A stretch of 64,000 bases of DNA from NCBI GenBank assembly GCA_963814585.1, contig CAWFDF010000003.1:192001-256000 (forward strand). The letters are read 5' to 3'. Made by a program: the position numbers and the translations under genes. Shown piece by piece: positions 12,124-21,728 of the stretch. This stretch comes from an uncultured delta proteobacterium (GTDB taxonomy: Bacteria > Myxococcota > Myxococcia > Myxococcales > Anaeromyxobacteraceae). Below the pieces are notes generated by a model. The model saw nothing but the letters and a program-made list of their open reading frames with translations, did not search any database and was not told the origin of the DNA. How positions within the stretch are numbered: the first letter of the stretch is position 1; the number at the start of each line of letters is the position of its first letter.

Positions 12124-13167
12124 CTACCCGAGCTCGGGGACGTGGCGGGCCAGCAGCCGCCGCAGCGGCGTCAGCTCCGGCCGCCGCGCCAGGGCCTCGC
12201 GCACGTAGCGGAGCGACGCCGGGATCGAGCCCAGGAAGCCGGGGTTTCCGCGCACCCGGTCGATGAAGACGAAGCGGCCGGCGTCCTTGAGCTTGCGCTG
12301 CACGGTGAGCAGGTCGAAGGTCTCCCGGAACGGCCCCTCCTCGAGCCGCGGGCCGCCCTCGGCCTCGAGCCGCGCCAGGTAGCGGCGCAGCATGGCCTCG
12401 ACGAGGTCGGCCGGCAGCTCGACGTAGCTGTCGCGCAGCAGCGCCACCAGGTCGTACTGGCGCGGACCCAGCAGGGCGTCCTGGAAGTCGATGACCGCCT
12501 GCTCGCCGCCCGGCAGCACCATCAGATTGCGCGACTGGTAGTCACGATGGGTGAAGCCACGCGGCTCGGCGGCCAGCCTGGCGGCGATCCGGTCGAACCA
12601 CCCGTCCAGCTCGGCCCGCTCGGCGGCGCCGAGCGCCGCCCCCCTCCACGCCTCCAGCAGCCACTCCCGGAAGTGGTCCAGCTCCCAGCGGTAGAGCCCG
12701 GCCTCGAAGGCGCGGGTGAAGGCCACGCAGCCGCCAGGGCGGTCCTCGGCGCGCGCCCGCAGCCGGGCCAGCTGGTCGACGGCCCGGTGGTAGAGGCCGG
12801 CCCGGTCGTCGCCGGCCAGCAGCCGGGACTCCAGCATGTCGTCGCCGAGATCCTCGAGGACCATCAGCCCCTCGGCCTCCTCGAAGGCGAGGATGGCGGG
12901 CACCCGCACCCCCAGCCCGGCCAGGTAGCGCTGCACGTCGACGAAGGGGTCGACCGGGGAGGGGCCGCCGGCCGTCACCTCCTCGGGCGCGGCCCCCACC
13001 GGCATCACCATCACCACCAGGGACGAGGGCGACGCCCCCACCCGCCAGTAGCTCCGCATCGAGGCGTGGCCGGCCAGCCGCTTCACCGGAAGTGACGTGG
13101 CGGCGCGCCCGGTGGCGCGAGCCACGGCGCCGCGGACGCGCTCCTCGGTGGGGATGGGCTGGCTCAT
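12124..13167 (-). CDS. Aminoglycoside phosphotransferase-family kinase (AmgK-like anomeric MurNAc/GlcNAc kinase)
   Basis: Motifs LAGHASMRSYWR, LEDLGD, HRDYQSRNLM, IDFQDALLGP..YDLVALLRD and QRKLK..GRF. Confidence 0.85.
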   Translation of the reverse strand: MSQPIPTEERVRGAVARATGRAATSLPVKRLAGHASMRSYWRVGASPSSLVVMVMPVGAAPEEVTAGGPSPVDPFVDVQRYLAGLGVRVPAILAFEEAEGLMVLEDLGDDMLESRLLAGDDRAGLYHRAVDQLARLRARAEDRPGGCVAFTRAFEAGLYRWELDHFREWLLEAWRGAALGAAERAELDGWFDRIAARLAAEPRGFTHRDYQSRNLMVLPGGEQAVIDFQDALLGPRQYDLVALLRDSYVELPADLVEAMLRRYLARLEAEGGPRLEEGPFRETFDLLTVQRKLKDAGRFVFIDRVRGNPGFLGSIPASLRYVREALARRPELTPLRRLLARHVPELG

Positions 13168-13198
13168 GCGGTGCACTTCTCGGCGGCGCGGGCGCGCG

Positions 13199-13227
13199 TT
13201 GACGCCCCCCGGGGCCACGCCTATAAG
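13199..13227 (+). promoter_or_regulatory. Putative sigma70-type promoter for the cbs-cgl operon
   Basis: TTGACG (13199-13204), a 17-nt spacer, then TATAAG (13222-13227), about 30 nt upstream of the ATG at 13257. Confidence 0.65.
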
Positions 13228-13256
13228 GGCTCGACTTCCTGCCTCGGAGCGCACCC

Positions 13257-14639
13257 ATGGCCTACCACGAGAACGTCCTGTCCGCGATCGGCCACACCCC
13301 GCTGGTCAAGCTGAACAAGGTGGTCGGCCCCAGGTCCGCCACGGTGCTGGTGAAGCTCGAGTACCTGAACCCCGGCGGCTCCATCAAGGACCGCATGGCC
13401 GTGCACATCATCGAGAAGGCGGAGCGGGCCGGGCTGCTCAAGCCGGGCGGCACCATCGTCGAGAACACCAGCGGCAACACCGGCGTGGGGGTGGCGCTGG
13501 CGGCCGCCGTGAAGGGCTACCGCTGCATCTTCACCATGCCGGACAAGATGTCGAAGGAGAAGCAGGACACGCTCAAGGCCTTCGGCGCGCAGGTGATCGT
13601 GACGCCGACCAACGTGCCGGCGGAGTCGCCGGAGAGCTACTACTCGGTGGCCAGGCGCATCGCCGCCGAGACGCCCAACAGCTTCTACCTGAACCAGTAC
13701 CACAACGCCGACAACATCGAGGCCCACCAGCTCATCACCGCCCCGGAGATCTGGGAGCAGACCGGCGGCCGGTTCGACGCCTTCGTGGCCGGCCTCGGGA
13801 CCGGCGGCACCATGAGCGGCTGCGCCCGGCACTTCAAGGAGAAGAACCCGGCCATCCTCGCCATCGGCGCCGATCCGGTGGGCTCGGTCTACCACTCGAT
13901 GTTCAAGACCGGGAGGCTCTCCACGCCGCACGTCTACAAGGTGGAGGGGATCGGCGAGGACATGATGTGCGGCGCCATGGACCTCTCGGTGCTCGACGAC
14001 GTGCGGCAGGTGAACGACGCCCAGGCCTTCGCCATGGCGCGCCGGCTGGCCCGCGAGGAGGGGATCTTCGCCGGAGGCTCCTCCGGCGCGGCGGTCCACG
14101 TCGCCGTGCAGGTGGCGGCCGAGCTGGGCGCCGGCAAGGCCGTGGTGGTGCCGCTGCCCGACGGCGGGCGCAGCTACATCTCCAAGTTCTTCTCCGACGA
14201 GTGGATGCGCGACAACGGCTTCCCCCTCTCCGACGGCGGCCCATCGGTCTCGGCGGCCACGGTGAAGGACGTGCTGGGGGCCCGACGCGGCGCCGTCATC
14301 ACCGCCAGGAAGACCGACAAGGTCGAGGCGGTGGTGAAGAAGCTCAAGGAGCACGACATCTCGCAGATGCCGGTGGTCGACGACGGCGGGCGCGTCATCG
14401 GCATGATCCACGAGTACGACCTGCTCAACTTCCTCATCGAGGGCAAGCACCGGCTCTCCGAGGTGGTCGAGCCGCTGGTGCAGCCGCTGCAGGGCACGGT
14501 GGGCCCCGACACGCCGGTGAGCAAGCTGCGCGACATCTTCAACGACGACAACGTGGCGGTGGTCCGCGAGGGCGAGACGGTGACCGGCATCCTCACCAAG
14601 ATCGACCTCATCGACTTCCTCGGGCAGCGGATGAAGTAG
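13257..14639 (+). CDS. cbs: Cystathionine beta-synthase (PLP domain + C-terminal CBS pair)
   Basis: Motifs KLEYLNPGGSIKDR, TSGNTG, GTGGT, YKVEGIG and DGGRSYISKFFSDEWM, with C-terminal CBS domains (ISQMPVVD, GILTKIDLI). Confidence 0.9.
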   Translation: MAYHENVLSAIGHTPLVKLNKVVGPRSATVLVKLEYLNPGGSIKDRMAVHIIEKAERAGLLKPGGTIVENTSGNTGVGVALAAAVKGYRCIFTMPDKMSKEKQDTLKAFGAQVIVTPTNVPAESPESYYSVARRIAAETPNSFYLNQYHNADNIEAHQLITAPEIWEQTGGRFDAFVAGLGTGGTMSGCARHFKEKNPAILAIGADPVGSVYHSMFKTGRLSTPHVYKVEGIGEDMMCGAMDLSVLDDVRQVNDAQAFAMARRLAREEGIFAGGSSGAAVHVAVQVAAELGAGKAVVVPLPDGGRSYISKFFSDEWMRDNGFPLSDGGPSVSAATVKDVLGARRGAVITARKTDKVEAVVKKLKEHDISQMPVVDDGGRVIGMIHEYDLLNFLIEGKHRLSEVVEPLVQPLQGTVGPDTPVSKLRDIFNDDNVAVVREGETVTGILTKIDLIDFLGQRMK

Positions 14640-14665
14640 CCGCGGCCCCGCCGCGAGAGGACGCC

Positions 14666-15829
14666 ATGGCCGACCCGAGGAGCCGCTTCGACACCCTGGC
14701 GATCCACGCCGGGCAGCAGCCCGACCCGACCACCGGCGCGGTGATGACGCCGGTCTACCTGACCTCGACCTACGTGCAGGACGGGCCGGGGAACCACAAG
14801 GGCTTCGAGTACGGCCGCACCCAGAACCCGACCCGCCACGCCCTGCAGGACTGCCTGGCCGCGCTGGAAGGGGCCCGCTTCGGGCTGGCGTTCGCCTCGG
14901 GCCTGGCGGCCACCGACGCCATCCTCCACCTGCTCTCCGCCGGGGATCACGTCCTCGCCAGCGACGACGTCTACGGCGGCACCTTCCGCCTCTTCGACAA
15001 GGTCTTCAGGCGCCACGGCCTCGAGTTCAGCTACGTCGACATGACCGACCCCGCCAACGTGGAGCGCGGGCTCCGGGAACGCACCCGGCTGGTCTGGATC
15101 GAGAGCCCGACCAACCCCATGCTCAAGGTCGTCGACCTGGCGGCGGTGGCGAGGCTGGCCCGCGCCCACGGCGCCCTGAGCGTGGTCGACAACACCTTCG
15201 CCACCCCGTACTTCCAGCGGCCGCTCGCCCTGGGCGTCGACGTCGTCGCCCACTCGACCACCAAGTACCTGAACGGCCACTCCGACGTCATCGGGGGCGC
15301 GGTCATGCTCGGCGACCCGGCCCTCCACGACCGGCTCAAGTTCCTGCAGAACGCGGTGGGCGGCGTGCCCTCCCCCCTGGACTCGTTCCTGGTGCTGCGC
15401 GGCCTGAAGACGCTGCACGTCCGCATGGCCCGCCACGCCGAGAACGCCATGGCGCTGGCCCGCTTCCTCGAGGGGCACGCCCAGGTGGAGCGGGTCATCT
15501 ACCCGGGTCTCCCCAGCCACCCGCAGCACGCGCTGGCCGCGCGCCAGATGACCGGCTTCGGCGGCATGCTGGCCTTCACCATCCGGGGCGGCCTCCCCGC
15601 CGCCAGCGCCTTCCTGCGGGCGGTGAAGGTCTTCGCGTGCGCCGAGTCGCTCGGCGGCGTGGAGAGCCTCATCGAGCACCCGGCCATCATGACCCACGCC
15701 AGCGTGCCGCCCGAGGCGCGGGCCGCGCTGGGGATCTCCGACGGCTTCATCCGGGTCTCGGCCGGGATCGAGCACGTCGACGACCTGCGCGAGGACCTGG
15801 AGCGGGGGTTCGCGGCGGCGCGCTCGTAG
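14666..15829 (+). CDS. Cystathionine gamma-lyase/synthase (Cys/Met metabolism PLP enzyme)
   Basis: Motifs DPTTGAV..PVY.TSTY, YGRTQNPTR, FASGLAA, ESPTNP, DNTFATP, HSTTKYLNGHSD and AESLGGVESL. Confidence 0.92.
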   Translation: MADPRSRFDTLAIHAGQQPDPTTGAVMTPVYLTSTYVQDGPGNHKGFEYGRTQNPTRHALQDCLAALEGARFGLAFASGLAATDAILHLLSAGDHVLASDDVYGGTFRLFDKVFRRHGLEFSYVDMTDPANVERGLRERTRLVWIESPTNPMLKVVDLAAVARLARAHGALSVVDNTFATPYFQRPLALGVDVVAHSTTKYLNGHSDVIGGAVMLGDPALHDRLKFLQNAVGGVPSPLDSFLVLRGLKTLHVRMARHAENAMALARFLEGHAQVERVIYPGLPSHPQHALAARQMTGFGGMLAFTIRGGLPAASAFLRAVKVFACAESLGGVESLIEHPAIMTHASVPPEARAALGISDGFIRVSAGIEHVDDLREDLERGFAAARS

Positions 15830-15898
15830 CCCGTCGCGCCGGGGCGCGGTCCCCATTCACGGTCGCGGCCCTTCGCGCCGGGGTGCGGTCGCCCCCAT

Positions 15899-16150
15899 CG
15901 AGAGGCTCCCGGGAGCGGCGGGGCTCCGCCGGCCGGGAGCGAGCCGCGCAGCCCCAGCTCCGCTCGCACCAGCGGACCGGCACCTGGCGAGCGGGCGCGC
16001 CGCAGGCGGGACGAGCTCCCCGGCCCGGCGGGGCTCCGTCGCGACCATGGGAGCCGGCTCTGCGTGACCGAGAGGCTCCCGGGAGCGGCGGGGCACTGCC
16101 GCGACCATGGGAGCCGACTCGCGACTTCGAGAGGCTCCCGGGAGCGGCGG
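15899..16150. repeat. Intergenic palindromic (REP-like) repeat cluster
   Basis: CGAGAGGCTCCCGGGAGCGGCGG occurs at 15899, 16069 and 16128, with the palindromic core GCTCCCGGGAGC. A degenerate copy lies near 16012. GCGACCATGGGAGCCG occurs at 16041 and 16101. Confidence 0.8.
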
Positions 16151-16202
16151 AGTGTCCGGCGCGAAGGCCCCGGAGCGAGCCGGCCGGGTTATGGTGCGCG
16201 CC

Positions 16203-18305
16203 ATGCTCGCCGCCACCGCGCTGCTCCTCGCCCTCGCCGCCCCGGCCGCTGCCCCGGCGCCGCTTCCCGCCACCGCCGCCGCCGCCACCACCGTTCCTGC
16301 CCCGCTGCGCGCCGCGGCCGACCGGGCGGTGGTGGCGCTGCGGCAGCGCCACGGCGACGGGGAGCGGGCGCGCATCGAGCGCGGCGTCGCGCAGGCGGCC
16401 GCGGCCTGGCGTCCCTCCGACGGCGACGCCGCCGCCTTCGAGGCCCTCTGCGCCACGCAGTTCGCGCCCACCGGCCCCCCGCTCGACGCCCTGCTGGCCC
16501 GGCTCGAGGCCGCCCTGGAGCAGCTCGACGGCCACGCCGTGGAGGTGAACCGCGAGCTGGCGCGCTGGGCGGTGCTCGAGACCGGCCCGCTCCAGCCCGT
16601 CGACCCGCTGCTCTCGGCCTTCGACGCCGGCGCCCACGTCGTCGACGACCTCTTCGCCGGGAAGATCGCCTTCGTGGCCCTGCTCAACTTCCCGCTCACC
16701 ACGCTCTCCGAGCGGCTCGGGCCGGGGAGCGGCTGGAGCAGGCGGCAGTGGGCCGAGGCCCGCCTGGCGGGCCGCTTCGCCCGGCGCGTCCCGGCCGCGG
16801 TGAACCAGGAGATCGCCGCCGCCGCCTCGCGGGCCGACCTCTACGTGGCCGGCTACAACATCTACCCCCACCACCTGCTCGACGCCGATGGGCACCGGCT
16901 CTTCGAGAAGGGGCCGCGGCTCCTCTCCCACTGGAACCTGCGCGACGAGATCAAGGCCCAGTACGCCCGGCCCGGCGGGCTGGCGCGCCAGCGGGCGCTC
17001 CAGCAGGTGATGAGCCGCATCGTCGACCAGACCATCCCGCTGGCCGTCATCGACGACCCCTCCGCCGACTGGAACCCTTGGAGCAACGCGGTCCAGCCGG
17101 CCCCGGCCGCCGAGCTGGAGCGGGGCGCTCCGCGCGCCACGGTGGACGGGGCGCGGGAGCCGGACACCCGCTACGCCCGCCTGCTCGACGGCTTCCGGGC
17201 CGTGCGGGGCGCCGACCCGTACTCGCCCACGGCGCCGACCTTCATCGCCCGCAAGTTCGAGCTGGAGCGCGAGCTCCCCGAGGACCGCGTGGTGGCGCTG
17301 CTGGAGGAGGTGCTGGGCGCCCCCGAGGTGAAGCGGGTGGCGGCCCTGATCCGGCAGCGGCTGGGCCGGCCGCTCGAGCCCTTCGACGTCTGGTACGACG
17401 GCTTCCGGCCGCGCAGCCGCCACGCCGGGGCCGACCTCGACGCGCGGACCCGGGCCCGCTACCCGACCGCGGCCGCCTTCGCCGCCGACCTGCCGCGCAT
17501 CCTCGGCGCCCTCGGCTTCTCGCCGGACAAGGCCGCCTGGCTGGCGGCCCGCATCGAGGTCGACCCGGCCCGCGGATCGGGCCACGCCCTCGGCGCCGGC
17601 CGGCGCGGCGACCGGGCCCACCTGCGCACCCGGGTCGGCACGGCCGGCATGGACTACAAGGGGTTCAACATCGCCATCCACGAGCTGGGGCACAACGTCG
17701 AGCAGACCTTCTCGCTCCAGGAGGTCGACTCGACGCTGCTGCAGGGCGTCCCCAACACCGCCTTCACCGAGGCGGTGGCCTTCGTCTTCCAGTCCCGGGA
17801 TCTCCAGGTGCTCGGGCTCCCCGCCCCCAGCGCCGAGGACCGGCGGCTGCTGGCGCTCGACGACCTGTGGATGACCTGGGAGATCTCCGGGGTGGCGCTG
17901 GTCGACCTGGGCGTCTGGCGCTGGATGTACCGGCACCCGGAGGCCACGCCCGCGCAGCTTCGCGAGGAGACGCTCCGCCTGGCCCGGGAGGTCTGGAACC
18001 GCTGGTACGCCCCGGTGCTGGGCCCGCGCGACGCCACGCTGCTGGCCGCCTACTCCCACCTGGTCAACTCCTTCCTCTACCTGCCCGACTACCCGCTCGG
18101 CCACCTCATCGCGGCCCAGCTGGAGGCCCACCTCGCCACCCGGCCGCCGGGGTCGCTGGGCGCGGAGGTGGAGCGGGTGACCCGCTTCGGCGCGGTGGCG
18201 CCCGACCTGTGGATGAAGAACGCGGTCGGCCAGCCCATCTCGGCCCGGCCGCTCCTCGACGCCGCCGCCGCCGCCCTGGCGACCCTCGGGGAGGGCGCCC
18301 GGTGA
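16203..18305 (+). CDS. Secreted protein with HEXXH zincin motif (M3/M32-like peptidase?)
   Basis: Signal peptide MLAATALLLALAA. Contains IHELGHNVEQ and, downstream, PNTAFTEAVAF and YLPDYPLGHLIAAQL. Confidence 0.6.
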   Translation: MLAATALLLALAAPAAAPAPLPATAAAATTVPAPLRAAADRAVVALRQRHGDGERARIERGVAQAAAAWRPSDGDAAAFEALCATQFAPTGPPLDALLARLEAALEQLDGHAVEVNRELARWAVLETGPLQPVDPLLSAFDAGAHVVDDLFAGKIAFVALLNFPLTTLSERLGPGSGWSRRQWAEARLAGRFARRVPAAVNQEIAAAASRADLYVAGYNIYPHHLLDADGHRLFEKGPRLLSHWNLRDEIKAQYARPGGLARQRALQQVMSRIVDQTIPLAVIDDPSADWNPWSNAVQPAPAAELERGAPRATVDGAREPDTRYARLLDGFRAVRGADPYSPTAPTFIARKFELERELPEDRVVALLEEVLGAPEVKRVAALIRQRLGRPLEPFDVWYDGFRPRSRHAGADLDARTRARYPTAAAFAADLPRILGALGFSPDKAAWLAARIEVDPARGSGHALGAGRRGDRAHLRTRVGTAGMDYKGFNIAIHELGHNVEQTFSLQEVDSTLLQGVPNTAFTEAVAFVFQSRDLQVLGLPAPSAEDRRLLALDDLWMTWEISGVALVDLGVWRWMYRHPEATPAQLREETLRLAREVWNRWYAPVLGPRDATLLAAYSHLVNSFLYLPDYPLGHLIAAQLEAHLATRPPGSLGAEVERVTRFGAVAPDLWMKNAVGQPISARPLLDAAAAALATLGEGAR

Positions 18306-19468
18306 ACGAGCCGGTCGTCGAGATCACGCGGCGAGGCGCCGAGCGGCTGCAGAAGGGCCACCTCTGGATCTACCGCGGCGACCTGGCCAAGGCCCCGGGG
18401 GCCGCGGCGGGCGACGTGGTGGCGGTGGTGGACGGCCGGCGCCGGTTCCTCGCCAAGGCCTGGTACTCGGAGAAGTCGCAGATCGCCCTGCGCGTGGTGA
18501 CCCGCCAGGAGGAGGCCGTCGACGAGGCGTTCCTGGCGGCCCGCCTCGCCTCGGCCCTGGAGCACCGGCAGCGGACCTTCCCCGGCGAGACCGCCTGGCG
18601 GCTGGTCCACGGCGAGGCCGACCTGCTCCCCGGCCTGGTGGTGGATTGGTACGGCGACGTGGCGGTGATGCAGACGCTGGTGCCGGCCACCGAGCGGCGC
18701 AAGTCCCTGCTGGCCGAGCTGGTGGTGGCGGCCACCGGGGTCGCCACGGTGGTGGAGCGGAACGACGTGCGGGTGCGCGAGCTGGAAGGGCTGGTGCAGG
18801 TGAAGGGCGTGCTGCGTGGTCCGGAGCCGGCGCCCCTGGAGTACCGCGAGGGCGAGGTGAGGCTGCGCATCGACGTCCTCACCGGCCAGAAGACCGGGGC
18901 CTTCCTCGACCAGCGCGAGAACCACCTCCGCGCCGGCGAGTACGCCCGCGGCCGCTGCCTCGACTGCTTCAGCTACGCCGGTGGCTTCGCGCTGCAGCTG
19001 GCCCGGCGCGGCGAGCAGGTCACCGCCGTGGAGATGCAGCCCACCGCCTCGGCGCTGCTGCGCGCCAACGCCGAGCTCAACGGCACCACCAACCTGGAGC
19101 TGGTGGAGCTGAACGCCTTCGACTACCTGCGCGACCGCGCCGAGGAGCCGCCCGCGTTCGACACCGTGGTGCTCGATCCGCCCGCCTTCGCCAAGAACAA
19201 GGAGTCGCTGCCGGCCGCGCGGCGCGGCTACAAGGAGATCAACCTGCGCGCCTTCCAGGTGCTGAAGCCCGGCGGCATCCTGGTGACCGCCTCCTGCAGC
19301 TATCACATGTCGGAGGCCCTGCTGGAGGAGCTGGTGCTGGAGGCCGCCCGGGACGCCGGGCGCGACGTGCAGCTGCTGGAACGCCGGGGCGCCGGACGCG
19401 ATCACCCCGCGCTGATGGGCGTGCCCGAGACCAGGTACCTGAAGGTGCTCTTCCTCCGGGTGATCTGA
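18302..19468 (+). CDS. Class I SAM-dependent rRNA methyltransferase (RlmI-like)
   Basis: GTG start overlaps the upstream stop. Motifs GHLWIY, RLVHGEAD.LPGLVVD, GQKTGAFLDQRENH, LDCFSYAGGF, VLDPPAF and TASCS. Confidence 0.9.
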   Translation: MNEPVVEITRRGAERLQKGHLWIYRGDLAKAPGAAAGDVVAVVDGRRRFLAKAWYSEKSQIALRVVTRQEEAVDEAFLAARLASALEHRQRTFPGETAWRLVHGEADLLPGLVVDWYGDVAVMQTLVPATERRKSLLAELVVAATGVATVVERNDVRVRELEGLVQVKGVLRGPEPAPLEYREGEVRLRIDVLTGQKTGAFLDQRENHLRAGEYARGRCLDCFSYAGGFALQLARRGEQVTAVEMQPTASALLRANAELNGTTNLELVELNAFDYLRDRAEEPPAFDTVVLDPPAFAKNKESLPAARRGYKEINLRAFQVLKPGGILVTASCSYHMSEALLEELVLEAARDAGRDVQLLERRGAGRDHPALMGVPETRYLKVLFLRVI

Positions 19469-19564
19469 GCGCGCCACCGGCCGCGACGGCCCCGGCCGGT
19501 GCTTCCTCGCGCCGGGGACCCGGGGGTACGATGGCCCTCCTCCGTTCCCGGGAGCGTGGCGGCG

Positions 19565-21721
19565 ATGTTCTTGCGCAGGAGCGACCTCGAAGCCCGACAG
19601 CGGGCGGTGCTCGACGCCGCGCCGATCCTCTCGCGGCTCGAGCCCGCCGAGCGCGACGTGCTGCTCGAGCGCTTCGACTACCTCCGCCAGGCGGCGCGGG
19701 TCTGCATCCACGGCGACGACGACGCCGGGCGCCACCTCTACCTGGTGGTCGAGGGGCAGGCGGTCTGGCGGCGCGAGCAGCTGGCGGTGCGCCACCTCGG
19801 CCCCGGAGATCACTTCGGCGAGCTGGCGCCGCTGGGCGAGCGCCACCTCGGCGAGCAGGTGACCAGCGAGACGCCGCTCCTGCTGGCTCGGCTCTCGCCG
19901 GAGCAGTTCGCCGCCCTGGAGCGCGAGGCGCCGGCGGTGGCGCTCAAGCTGGCGCTGGCCGCCGCCGACGTGCTGGGGCGGGAGCTGGCGCGGCTGGCCG
20001 GCGACGCCGCCACCGGGCTGCGGGGCCGCTCGGCGCCGCGCGCCAGCACCATCCGCGTCGCCATGCTCGACGACGTCCGCGAGGTGCCGACCGGGACCCG
20101 GCTGCGCAGCATCCTCCCGGCGCGCCACCAGGGGGCGCTGGTGGTGGCCGGCCTCCTCAACTCGCGCCCGGTCTCCCTGCTCACCCCGGTCCACACCGAC
20201 AGCTCCTTGGCCCCGCTCACCGTCGCCCACTGGGAGGGGCGGCAGATCTACGCCCACTCGGTCGGGCTGCTGCTGCTGGAGGCGGCCCTGGCCGAGGCGC
20301 CGCTGCTGCGGGTCCGGATGGGAGCCTCGCGCGGGCTGATCCAGGTGGTGCAGCTCGAGGCGGACGGGCCGGGCGCGCCGGCCGGCCACCTGACGGCCGA
20401 CCTGGCACCCCGGCTCCTCGCCGCCATGCGCGCCCACGCCGCCACCGACGCGCCGTTCCGGGTGGAGTTCTGGGCCACCGACGAGGCGCGCGCCTGGTTC
20501 CGCGAGCACGCCTGGGACGACGCCGCCGAGCTGCTGCGGCTGCGCCGCCAGTCGACCGTCCCGCTGGTCTCGTGCGGCCAGTGCTACGCCCTCTCGATGG
20601 GACCGCTGGTCCCCTCCACCGGCCTGCTCACCGGCTTCAGCCTGGAGCCACACCCCGAGGGGCTGGCGCTCGGCCTCGGCCCCGAGGATCCGCGCAGCCA
20701 GGGCCGCGCCCCGCCGCCGGCCCGGGCCGACCGCGACGGCGGGATGGTGCGGGAGCACCAGCGCTGGCTGCGCTCGCTCGAGCTGCGGAGCGTCGGCGCC
20801 TTCTCCGAGCGCTGCATCGACGGGCGCGTCTCGCAAATCATCCGGGTCGCCGAGGGGTTCCACGAGAAGCAGATCGGCCGCATCGCCGACCAGGTCGCGG
20901 CGGCGCGGGAGCGGATCCGCGTCATCTCCATCGCCGGCCCGTCCTCCTCGGGCAAGACCACCTTCATCAAGCGGCTCACCGTCCAGCTCCAGATCGACGG
21001 CGTCAACCCGGTGGCCTTCTCGCTGGACGACTACTACGTCGACCGGGACAGGAACCCGCGCGATCACCTGGGCGAGTGGGACTTCGAGGCGGTCGAGGCG
21101 CTCGACCTCCCCCTGCTCCAGGATCACGTCCGGCGGCTGCTGGCGGGGGAGGCCGTCCGCACCCCCCACTACGACTTCACGACCGGCCGCTCCCACCCCG
21201 CCGGCGGCCCCGAGCTGCAGCTCCGCCGCGGCGACCTGCTGATGCTGGAGGGGATCCACGGGCTCAACCCGCGCCTGCTCGACGGCTTGCTGGGACCGGG
21301 CGAGCACTTCCGCGTCTTCGTCCACCCCGCCACCACCCTCCCCTTCGACCGGCTGACCCGGGTGAGCGCCACCGACCTGCGCCTGCTGCGGCGCATCGTC
21401 CGCGACCGCCACCAGCGCGGCTCCCGCGCCGCCGAGAACATCGTCCGCTGGCCGGCGGTCCAGGCCGGCGAGCGCGAGCACATCTTCCCGTTCCAGGGCG
21501 AGGCCGACGTGGTGTTCGACTCCTCGCTGGTCTACGAGCCGGCGGTGCTCAAGATCTACGCCGAGCGCTACCTGCTCGAGGTGCCGCCCGATCACGCCGC
21601 CTTCCCGACGGCGCACCGGCTGCGCCACCTGGTCGACCGGTTCGTCTCCATCCACCCCGATCACGTGCCCCCCACCTCCCTGCTGCGCGAGTTCATCGGC
21701 GGCAGCGGGTTCGAGTACTAG
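19565..21721 (+). CDS. cNMP-binding domain + ThrRS-N-like region + uridine/nucleoside kinase fusion
   Basis: cNMP motifs LYLVVEG and GPGDHFGELA. Middle region has EGRQIYAHSV. Kinase part has the P-loop IAGPSSSGKTT, SLDDYY, EGIHGLNP, RLLRRIVRD and the C-terminal SLLREFIGGS.F.Y. Confidence 0.85.
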   Translation: MFLRRSDLEARQRAVLDAAPILSRLEPAERDVLLERFDYLRQAARVCIHGDDDAGRHLYLVVEGQAVWRREQLAVRHLGPGDHFGELAPLGERHLGEQVTSETPLLLARLSPEQFAALEREAPAVALKLALAAADVLGRELARLAGDAATGLRGRSAPRASTIRVAMLDDVREVPTGTRLRSILPARHQGALVVAGLLNSRPVSLLTPVHTDSSLAPLTVAHWEGRQIYAHSVGLLLLEAALAEAPLLRVRMGASRGLIQVVQLEADGPGAPAGHLTADLAPRLLAAMRAHAATDAPFRVEFWATDEARAWFREHAWDDAAELLRLRRQSTVPLVSCGQCYALSMGPLVPSTGLLTGFSLEPHPEGLALGLGPEDPRSQGRAPPPARADRDGGMVREHQRWLRSLELRSVGAFSERCIDGRVSQIIRVAEGFHEKQIGRIADQVAAARERIRVISIAGPSSSGKTTFIKRLTVQLQIDGVNPVAFSLDDYYVDRDRNPRDHLGEWDFEAVEALDLPLLQDHVRRLLAGEAVRTPHYDFTTGRSHPAGGPELQLRRGDLLMLEGIHGLNPRLLDGLLGPGEHFRVFVHPATTLPFDRLTRVSATDLRLLRRIVRDRHQRGSRAAENIVRWPAVQAGEREHIFPFQGEADVVFDSSLVYEPAVLKIYAERYLLEVPPDHAAFPTAHRLRHLVDRFVSIHPDHVPPTSLLREFIGGSGFEY

Positions 21722-21728
21722 CAGGCCC

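Noticed and set aside
15899..16150. Possible CRISPR array
   Set aside because: Only three exact repeats, uneven spacing (170 and 59 bp), mutually similar intervening sequences and no cas genes in the window.
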